This document shows, in pieces, positions 57,130 to 64,000 of a stretch of DNA of 64,000 nucleotides. The position numbers were made by a program, and so were the translations under genes. The notes under the pieces are model-generated. The model made no database searches. It was not told the DNA's origin and saw only the letters and a list, made by a program, of their open reading frames with translations. The stretch's first letter is position 1. Every line of letters begins with the position of its first letter. The DNA is from Candidatus Moraniibacteriota bacterium (GTDB lineage: Bacteria > Patescibacteriota > Minisyncoccia > Moranbacterales > UBA2206): contig JAUSNP010000006.1 of assembly GCA_030645735.1 (NCBI GenBank), forward strand, positions 4,095-68,094, given 5' to 3'.

Positions 57130-58212
57130 ATGAAAAAAGTTAGAAATATTTTTAGAGATTGGGTTGGCAATATATTTGGCAATTTTTCCAAGGATATTGG
57201 CATTGATTTGGGCACGGCCAACACCTTGGTCTATGTCAAAGGCAAGGGCATTGTTATCAATGAACCGTCCGTAGTGGCCGTCAACACCAAGACTGGACAA
57301 GTTTTGGCGATTGGTCGGGAGGCCAAAAAAATGGTGGGCAAAACCCCCAGTCACATTGTGGCGACGCGTCCCTTGGTGGATGGTGTGGTGAGTGATTTTG
57401 AGGTGACGGAACAAATGCTCAAATATTTCATCGACAAAGTTCATCGTGACAGCTTCACTTTGTTTCCGAGGCCAAGAGTGGTGATTGGAATTCCATCGGA
57501 TGTGACGGAAGTGGAAAAGCGCGCCGTGATTGATGCCACAATGAATGCTGGAGCGCGTGAAGCCTATTTGATTGACGAACCAATGGCAGCCGCGATTGGC
57601 GCACGTTTGCCCGTGCAAGATGCAGCCGGAAATATGATTGTGGATATCGGTGGTGGGACCACTGATATTGCGGTCATCTCTTTGGGCGGTGTGGTGACTT
57701 CACGCAATTTGAGAATTGCCGGGGACGAAATGAATGAAGATATTATTCGCTATTGTCGCGATGAATTCAATCTTTTGATTGGAGAAAAAACCGCTGAAGA
57801 TGCCAAGATTGCCATTGGCAGCGCTTGTCCGCAAAAAGAAAAATTGCAAATGCCAGTGCGTGGTCGTGATTTGGTGACGGGTCTGCCAAAAGAAATCATC
57901 ATCAACGACGAGCAAGTGCGTGAAGCCTTGTCGCGTTCAATCCGCATCATCGTGAACAATGTGAAATCAACCATTGAAGAAACCCCACCAGAACTTTTGG
58001 CGGACATTATGCAACGTGGCATCATCTTGGCGGGCGGAGGCAGTTTGATTCGCGGTCTGGATAGACTGGTAGCTGACCAAACTGATATGCCAGTGCGCAT
58101 GATGGAAGATCCATTGACGGCCGTGGTGCGTGGCACAGGAATTGTTTTGGAAGACATCGAAGCCTTGAAAGACATTCTGACCGAAAATCAGCATGATAGA
58201 TCCTATACATAA
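57130..58212 (+). CDS. mreB: Rod shape-determining actin homolog MreB
   Basis: IGIDLGTANTLVYV, DIGGGTTD, full-length MreB. Confidence 0.9.
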   Translation: MKKVRNIFRDWVGNIFGNFSKDIGIDLGTANTLVYVKGKGIVINEPSVVAVNTKTGQVLAIGREAKKMVGKTPSHIVATRPLVDGVVSDFEVTEQMLKYFIDKVHRDSFTLFPRPRVVIGIPSDVTEVEKRAVIDATMNAGAREAYLIDEPMAAAIGARLPVQDAAGNMIVDIGGGTTDIAVISLGGVVTSRNLRIAGDEMNEDIIRYCRDEFNLLIGEKTAEDAKIAIGSACPQKEKLQMPVRGRDLVTGLPKEIIINDEQVREALSRSIRIIVNNVKSTIEETPPELLADIMQRGIILAGGGSLIRGLDRLVADQTDMPVRMMEDPLTAVVRGTGIVLEDIEALKDILTENQHDRSYT

Positions 58213-58310
58213 AAAATATCAAGTTCCAAATAAATAATTTTGAATTTTGAAAATTGTAATTTGAAATTTATTTGTGATTTGTGATTTGGAATTTGTGATT
58301 TAATCGTTTT

Positions 58311-59117
58311 ATGTCTAACAAATATCTTTCACCAAAATCAATAAAATTTATTGCAGTGACGGCTGTTTGTTTCGGCTTGGTTTTTTTGAATCCCAAAGGA
58401 TTTTTTAATCCAGTCAGAATGGTGTTTCTCGAAATTGCCTATCCTTTTCAAAAAACTTTTTATATCCTCGGGCAAAACACGGATGAATTTTTTTCTTTTT
58501 TTGGTTCGATTGGCTCAATGCGGACTGAGAATGAAAAGTTGATTCGAGAAAACAACTTGCTGGTTTCGGAAGTCGCTTCTTTGCAAGAAATGAAAAAAGA
58601 AAATGAATCTTTGCGTGAGCAACTCAATTTAGTGCCACGAGATAAGTTTGATTTGGAGCCGAGTTTTGTGATTGGCCAAGATCCGCAAAATTTGGGCAGT
58701 TGGTTGATGATTGGCAAAGGCAGTTCAGATGGCATCAGAGCTGGCATGTCAGTCATCGTCTCGGAAGGCATCTTGATTGGAAAAATAGAGGAGGTTTATC
58801 CAGATAGCTCACGGGTGGTTTTGCTAACTGATTCCAGCAGTGTAATCAACGCTAATGACCTTGAAACGGGCGCCAGAGGGCTCATAAAAGGCACTTATGG
58901 CTTGGGTATGGTTTTAGATATGGTGGCGCAGGTAGACTCCCTGAATGAAGGCGACACAATCATTACCTCTGGTTTGGGCGGGGAAGTTCCCAAAGGGCTT
59001 TTGATTGGCAAGATTCAAGAAATTAGAATGTCTGCTGACAAGCTTTTTCAACAAGCCATTGTTATCCCCAGAGTTAGATATCAAAAATTGGATATAGTTT
59101 TTGTAGTTAAGAAATAA
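58311..59117 (+). CDS. mreC: Rod shape-determining protein MreC
   Basis: N-terminal TM, coiled coil ENEKLIRENNLLVSEVASLQE, C-terminal beta domains; position after mreB. Confidence 0.75.
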   Translation: MSNKYLSPKSIKFIAVTAVCFGLVFLNPKGFFNPVRMVFLEIAYPFQKTFYILGQNTDEFFSFFGSIGSMRTENEKLIRENNLLVSEVASLQEMKKENESLREQLNLVPRDKFDLEPSFVIGQDPQNLGSWLMIGKGSSDGIRAGMSVIVSEGILIGKIEEVYPDSSRVVLLTDSSSVINANDLETGARGLIKGTYGLGMVLDMVAQVDSLNEGDTIITSGLGGEVPKGLLIGKIQEIRMSADKLFQQAIVIPRVRYQKLDIVFVVKK

Positions 59118-59143
59118 GTGTTAGCAATAGTTTTATATAACAA

Positions 59144-59665
59144 ATGCAAAATATTTTTGTTGGGATAATTATTTTTTTTGGCGTCATTTTGCAAACTTCG
59201 TTTTTGCCAAACTTTTTTCCAACTGGCCTGATTCCAGATGTGGTGCTGGTTATGATTATTATTTGGACGGCCAAAGCGGATTTCAATGCAATCTGGGTCA
59301 GGGCGATTTTTGCCGGCTTGATGTTTGATTTGTTGTCTTTTTGGCCAATTGGTATCAATATTTTTTCATTTGTGGCTGTGGCCTTTGCGACCAATTCTTT
59401 GTGCAAGAGATTTTTAGTTCCGCAATCTGTCAGAAGGTTTTTGATTATTGGCATTGCAGTTGTTGTCGGAACAATGATTAATCAGTTAATCGTAGCAATC
59501 GGTATTAATTTACAAAATTTTTCTTGGAATAATTTGGAAATATTCAATCAAGCACTGATCCTAAAGCCAATATGCAATCTGATTATCCTTGCTATTTTAT
59601 ATTGGCCATTGGAAAAAATTGAGGAAGTTTTTAGACACCAAAATAAAATGATAATAAAAAGATAA
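59144..59665 (+). CDS. mreD: Rod shape-determining protein MreD
   Basis: 173-aa polytopic membrane protein following mreC. Confidence 0.6.
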   Translation: MQNIFVGIIIFFGVILQTSFLPNFFPTGLIPDVVLVMIIIWTAKADFNAIWVRAIFAGLMFDLLSFWPIGINIFSFVAVAFATNSLCKRFLVPQSVRRFLIIGIAVVVGTMINQLIVAIGINLQNFSWNNLEIFNQALILKPICNLIILAILYWPLEKIEEVFRHQNKMIIKR

Positions 59666-61548
59666 TGTTTGAACGCTATTTCAACAAAAGAAGAATGTCG
59701 CGGGGAATGGAAATTGAAGATTCCATTATGACGGTGACGCAAAAAGAAAAGGCGATTATGGAAACGCCATTCAAAAGACATGGCTTGGATATGGTGTGGT
59801 TTATCATTGTTTTTTTTCTGGGAATTTTCGTGGCGCGCATTGCCTATTTGGATATTATCAAGGGCAGTTATTATTCTGACATCTCAAAGGGCAATCGAAT
59901 CCGTTCAATCACGGTCAAAGCTCCGCGTGGAAAAATTATAGATAGATCTGGACAAGTTTTGGCGAATAACACCCCCAGTATGGATGCCATTATTATTCCT
60001 AATGATTTGCCGACGGAAAATGACAAACGGCAAGCAGTTGTGGATACGGTTGCAAGTATATTGGGAGCGGAAACAGGTGAGATCAAAGCTGCTTTTGAGA
60101 TTAAAAATAAAAATTCACTAGATCCAATTTTGTTGAAGGAAAACATTACGCGTGAACAAGCCTTGATTCTGGCTGGCAAAGCCAAAGAATTGCCAGGGGT
60201 TTTGGTGGAAAACACCGCCATCAGAAATTATGAAGACAGCAATATTTTTTCTTCGGTAATCGGCTATGACGGCAAAATAACCAAAGATGAAATGGCAAAA
60301 AATCCAAATTATGTCATGACGGATTATATTGGAAAAGCGGCTTTGGAAAAACAATATGAAAAAGAATTGCGCGGAATTGCTGGCGCCAAACAAGTGGAAG
60401 TTGATTCCTTGGGCAATGTGAAAAAAAATCTGGGCATCATCAATCCGCAGGCAGGTTCTGATTTGATTTTGAACATTGACGCTGGCTTGCAGAAGAAGCT
60501 CTATGACAGCATGGTGAGCGTGTTGGAAAAAACTGGCACAAAAACGGCGGCCGCTGTGGCGATTGATCCGCGCGATGGTGGCGTGTTGGCGATGGTGAAT
60601 TTCCCAAATTATGACAACAATCTTTTTGCGCGCGGAATATCTAATGCGGAATACCAAGAAATTATTAGCAACAAGGACCTCCCGTTGTTTAATCGCGTAG
60701 TGAATGGTGAGTATCCGCCAGGATCAACATTGAAAATGGCAGTGGCTTCAGCTGCTCTTTCAGAGGGCACAATCACTCCAGAAACGATTGTCAATGGAAT
60801 GGGAGGCAGTATTAATATTGGCGGGTTTAGATTCGGTGATTGGAAGACGCATGGACCAAGTGATGTGCGCACGGCGATTGCTGAGAGTAATGACATTTTT
60901 TTCTATTCAATCGGCGGTGGCTATGCCAATATCCAAGGGCTTGGCATGAGTCGTATGAAAAAATATGAAAACCTTTTTGGCTTTGGCAGTCCGACGGGCA
61001 TCGATTTGCCAATTGAAGCCTCAGGTTTTATTCCAGACGAACAATGGAAACTGAATACACTAAAAGAAAAATGGTATATCGGCAATTCATATCATGCTTC
61101 CATTGGGCAAGGTTTCGTGACAACTACACCTCTGCAAATAGCTAATTATACTGCGGCTCTAGCGAATGGCGGAACACTTTTCAAACCAAGAATTGTCAAT
61201 CAGATCAAAACTAATGATGGAAAAGTTGTAGGCAAAAGTCCAGAAATAATTCGCAAAAATTTTATTTCAGATTCAGTGATGCAAGTGGTGCGTGAAGGCA
61301 TGCGGAAAACTGTGACTGATGGCACAGCGCAACCACTCAAAACCTTGTCGGTGGAAGTGGCCGGAAAAACTGGAACGGCTCAGTTCGGCAATGAGGACAA
61401 AACTCATGGTTGGTTTGTTTCTTTTGCGCCCTATGACAATCCAACTATTGCCATGGTGATTTTGGCGGAAGGTGGTGGCGATGGACATTCTTCAGGTGTG
61501 CCAGTGACTAAAGAAGTTTATGACTATTATTTCAATCGGAACAAATAG
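59665..61548 (+). CDS. mrdA: Penicillin-binding protein 2 (elongasome transpeptidase)
   Basis: N-terminal TM, SxxK as GSTLKM, SxN/KTG-type motifs (KTGTA), position after mreBCD; ATG overlaps mreD stop (TAATG). Confidence 0.85.
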   Translation: MFERYFNKRRMSRGMEIEDSIMTVTQKEKAIMETPFKRHGLDMVWFIIVFFLGIFVARIAYLDIIKGSYYSDISKGNRIRSITVKAPRGKIIDRSGQVLANNTPSMDAIIIPNDLPTENDKRQAVVDTVASILGAETGEIKAAFEIKNKNSLDPILLKENITREQALILAGKAKELPGVLVENTAIRNYEDSNIFSSVIGYDGKITKDEMAKNPNYVMTDYIGKAALEKQYEKELRGIAGAKQVEVDSLGNVKKNLGIINPQAGSDLILNIDAGLQKKLYDSMVSVLEKTGTKTAAAVAIDPRDGGVLAMVNFPNYDNNLFARGISNAEYQEIISNKDLPLFNRVVNGEYPPGSTLKMAVASAALSEGTITPETIVNGMGGSINIGGFRFGDWKTHGPSDVRTAIAESNDIFFYSIGGGYANIQGLGMSRMKKYENLFGFGSPTGIDLPIEASGFIPDEQWKLNTLKEKWYIGNSYHASIGQGFVTTTPLQIANYTAALANGGTLFKPRIVNQIKTNDGKVVGKSPEIIRKNFISDSVMQVVREGMRKTVTDGTAQPLKTLSVEVAGKTGTAQFGNEDKTHGWFVSFAPYDNPTIAMVILAEGGGDGHSSGVPVTKEVYDYYFNRNK

Positions 61549-61573
61549 GCTGAAAAAGCTCAATTTTTTGCGC

Positions 61574-61601
61574 TTGACAGATTCTAAAAAACTGTTACAA
61601 T
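61574..61601 (+). promoter_or_regulatory. Promoter TTGACA-N16-tgtTACAAT driving ncRNA
   Basis: TTGACA 61574-61579; extended -10 TGtTACAAT 61593-61601. Confidence 0.5.
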
Positions 61602-61607
61602 GGTTTA

Positions 61608-61808
61608 GTTAAACTTAATATAGTTTAGTAACGCAACCGCCTCGGGAGATGAATTCCTAAGGGGATTCTGAGGGAAAAGGTGGGTCGCGGTTGTACTAGA
61701 CCTGTTTGAGCTTCCGTATACGGGGGAGGTGTGCGGATTTACGCTCACAGGTCGGCGAGAGCCACTTCCAGAGGAAGTATTACTCCGGAAGTGGCTCAGT
61801 TTTTTTAT
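61608..61808 (+). ncRNA. Unclassified structured small RNA (~200 nt) with own promoter and intrinsic terminator, upstream of greA
   Basis: Locally GC-rich block with multiple stems incl. palindrome ccgtatacgg; ends in 13-bp stem gagccacttccag/ctccggaagtggctc plus TTTTTTT. Confidence 0.45.
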
Positions 61809-61831
61809 TAAGCCCATGTTAATATCCGAGG

Positions 61832-61859
61832 TTGACACTCTTGCAAGATATGTTACAAT
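61832..61859 (+). promoter_or_regulatory. Promoter TTGACA-N16-tgtTACAAT for greA
   Basis: Same architecture as ncRNA promoter. Confidence 0.45.
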
Positions 61860-61947
61860 TGGCCTTGTGAATTATATATGGAATATTTTCACTGAATTAT
61901 AATCAATAATCATTACTGTCATTAAGACAGTATTTTTTAAAAAAACA

Positions 61948-62406
61948 ATGATAACAAGACTCGTAACTGAAGAAGGTTTGCAGAAAATCAAGGAAGAATT
62001 GGAAAACAGAAAAACCACTGTTCGTCAAAACATTGCCAATTCAATCAAGGAAGCCAAAGAACAAGGCGATCTTTCTGAGAATGCTGAATATAGTGAGGCT
62101 AAGAGCCAACAAGCGGAAAATGAAGCTCGCGTAGCTGAACTTGAATTCATGCTCAAGGAAGTGACTGTAGTGGCTCACAATGCGAAAACTGATGCTGTGC
62201 AGATGGGCTCTTCAGTGATTGTGAACTTCAATGGTTCAAAAATGGAATTCAAAATCGTAGGCTCCAACGAAGCTAGTCCAGCTGAAATGAAAATCTCCAA
62301 CGAATCTCCATTGGGCAAAGGATTCATTGGCAAGAAAAAAGGCGACAAGGTTGAAATCGACACGCCGAATGGCAAGATGAAATATGAGATTCTGGATGTA
62401 AAATAG
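61948..62406 (+). CDS. greA: Transcription elongation factor GreA
   Basis: 152 aa; N-terminal coiled coil with DLSENAEY acidic tip, C-terminal FKBP-like domain. Confidence 0.85.
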   Translation: MITRLVTEEGLQKIKEELENRKTTVRQNIANSIKEAKEQGDLSENAEYSEAKSQQAENEARVAELEFMLKEVTVVAHNAKTDAVQMGSSVIVNFNGSKMEFKIVGSNEASPAEMKISNESPLGKGFIGKKKGDKVEIDTPNGKMKYEILDVK

Positions 62407-62437
62407 TTTTCGAAGTCAAAAGTCTATCAAGTTCATA

Positions 62438-62478
62438 AAGTCTGTAAAGCCTAGTGTTTTACAGACTTTTTGTTTTTT
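62438..62478 (+). terminator. Rho-independent terminator after greA
   Basis: aagtctgtaaa-gcctagtg-tttacagactt perfect 11-bp stem then TTTTGTTTTTT. Confidence 0.6.
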
Positions 62479-62565
62479 CAAGATTTGCTTGTTTGAGCGG
62501 AAAAATATATAATAAAAACAATACTTTATGGACTTTTAACTTTTAACTTTATAGACTCTAAAATT

Positions 62566-64000
62566 ATGCGAGAAGATATTTTGCAGACCAAGTTGGACAA
62601 ATTGAACAATATTCGTGAATTTGGCATGGAGGCCTATCCGGAAAAAACTCAGCGTGACATGAAAAATGTTGAGGCGCTGGATGGTTTTGATGGGCTACAG
62701 GAAAAAGAACTGACATTGGTTGGACGCGTGCGATCTTTCCGTCCGATGGGCGGTTCGACTTTTGCGCACATCGAGGACGAGTCTGGCAAGATTCAATTGT
62801 TTTTGAACAAGAATAATATTGACGAAGCAAAATATAAATTGTTTGCCAAAAATGTTGAGTTGGGAGATTTCGTGCAAGTGACTGGCAAGCTTTTCAAAAC
62901 CAAGCAAGAAGAAAAAACTTTGGAGGTGCATGATTGGACAATGCTGTCGAAAAATATGCGTCCGATTCCCACTGAGCATTTCGGCATCAAAGATGAAGAG
63001 GAATTGTTGCGCAAAAGATATTTGGATTTGTTGGCCAATCCGGAAACTCGTGAAATATTTCGTAAGAAAAATGCTTTCTGGCAGACGGTGCGCAAAAACT
63101 TAGTGGACGCAGAATTTTTGGAAGTGCAAACTTCAGTTTTTGAACACACCCCAGGTGGAGCTGATGCCGAACCATTCATCACACATCACAATTCCTTGGA
63201 TCAAGATTTCTTTTTGCGCATCTCTTTGGAGTTGCCTTTGAAGAGACTTTTGGTAGGAGGATATGAGCGAGTTTTTGAAATCGGTCGCGTTTTTCGCAAT
63301 GAAGGCATGGATCGCGATCATTTGCAGGAATTTGATCACATGGAATTTTATTGGGCCTATTCAGACATGGAAAAGGGCATGAAGTTTGCGCAAAAAATGT
63401 TTCAAGAAATTGCCCAAAATGTTTTGGGTGGTTTTGTGCATGAATATGAGGGTGAGCAAATTGATTGGAGCGCGAAGTTTCCAGTTGTAGATTATTTCAC
63501 TGAGTTCAAAAAAGAAACCGGGCTTGATTTGTCTGACGCCAATTTGTCAGTAGAAACTTTGAAAGCCAAGGCTGATGAACTTGGCATCAAATATGAAGCG
63601 GGATATAGTAAGGGCAGAATGATTGACACGATCTACAAAAAAACGGTGCGACAAAAATTGATCCAGCCATGTTTCTTGGTGGGACATCCTTTGGAAATTT
63701 CGCCTCTAGCCAAAACTGATCCAGCAAGTCCAATGAAGGTTTTGCGTTTCCAAATCGTGGCCGGACGCAGTGAACTCTGCAATGCTTTTGGAGAATTGAA
63801 TGATCCGATTGATCAGAAGAATCGTTTTGAACAACAAATGAAAATGCGCGAAGCAGGGGACACGGAAGCGCAAATGATCGATGAGGATTTTGTGGAAGCC
63901 CTTGAAATCGGCATGCCGCCAGCCTTTGGTTTCGGCATGAGTGAGCGCGTCTTCGCTTTCATGATGAACAAATCCATCCGCGAAACCGTGATTTTCCCAG
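62566..64000 (+). CDS. lysS: Lysyl-tRNA synthetase class II (3' end beyond window)
   Basis: OB-fold N-domain LVGRVRSFRPMGGSTFAHIEDESGKIQLF, class II motifs FRNEGMDRDHLQEFDHMEFYWAY and GFGMSERV; open to window end. Confidence 0.9.
   Translation, partial: MREDILQTKLDKLNNIREFGMEAYPEKTQRDMKNVEALDGFDGLQEKELTLVGRVRSFRPMGGSTFAHIEDESGKIQLFLNKNNIDEAKYKLFAKNVELGDFVQVTGKLFKTKQEEKTLEVHDWTMLSKNMRPIPTEHFGIKDEEELLRKRYLDLLANPETREIFRKKNAFWQTVRKNLVDAEFLEVQTSVFEHTPGGADAEPFITHHNSLDQDFFLRISLELPLKRLLVGGYERVFEIGRVFRNEGMDRDHLQEFDHMEFYWAYSDMEKGMKFAQKMFQEIAQNVLGGFVHEYEGEQIDWSAKFPVVDYFTEFKKETGLDLSDANLSVETLKAKADELGIKYEAGYSKGRMIDTIYKKTVRQKLIQPCFLVGHPLEISPLAKTDPASPMKVLRFQIVAGRSELCNAFGELNDPIDQKNRFEQQMKMREAGDTEAQMIDEDFVEALEIGMPPAFGFGMSERVFAFMMNKSIRETVIFP

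Noticed and set aside
61608-61808. Assignment of the greA-upstream RNA to SRP RNA, 6S RNA or RNase P RNA
   Set aside because: Too short for RNase P/tmRNA. It lacks the SRP domain IV GGAA-tetraloop/AGCAGCC context. 5'/3' ends do not form the long closing stem of 6S. Left unclassified.
1-64000. CRISPR arrays
   Set aside because: No regularly spaced direct repeats found; the tandem TGTGATTT units before mreC (58270-58300) and tttctaatt units before dnaK are too short/irregular

Overview
This is an AT-rich window from a bacterial chromosome with few strong Shine-Dalgarno sequences; lineage is inferred only, possibly an uncultivated Patescibacteria/CPR-like organism. Its backbone is a heat-shock cluster (partial hrcA, a NUDIX-GrpE fusion gene, dnaK, dnaJ) followed later by housekeeping genes (frr, rseP, mreBCD-mrdA, greA, lysS). 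The backbone is interrupted by several accessory blocks, listed below. (1) An AT-poor two-gene insert with a DUF4145-like protein lies right after dnaK. (2) A GC-mosaic stretch at about 5.4-10 kb carries a 4-copy intergenic repeat family. (3) A visibly GC-richer island of about 25 kb at about 17.3-42.8 kb starts at a promoter-driven tRNA-Lys whose 3' half is overlapped antisense by a large serine recombinase ORF. This island also contains a second large serine recombinase fused to HTH domains, a RadC/XRE/RuvC-like module, a dprA plus PRTase-like cassette bracketed by 25-bp inverted repeats, and a segment bracketed by 40-bp direct repeats. That segment carries a complete His-Xaa-Ser (HXS) peptide-modification cluster: an HxsA-like secreted protein with six H-x-S repeats, two radical-SAM enzymes (one with a SPASM domain) and a small HxsD-like protein. 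An operon of two HerA/DUF87-like ATPases is co-oriented with the second recombinase. (4) A segment of about 7.7 kb bracketed by direct repeats of about 106 bp carries a secreted M23 peptidase and a Gabija-like pair (OLD-family ATPase/Toprim plus UvrD-like helicase). A CIRCE operator sits upstream of dnaJ together with an additional perfect 17-bp inverted repeat. A structured ncRNA of about 200 nt with its own promoter and terminator lies upstream of greA. All functional calls are from motif recognition by eye; no database searches were run.
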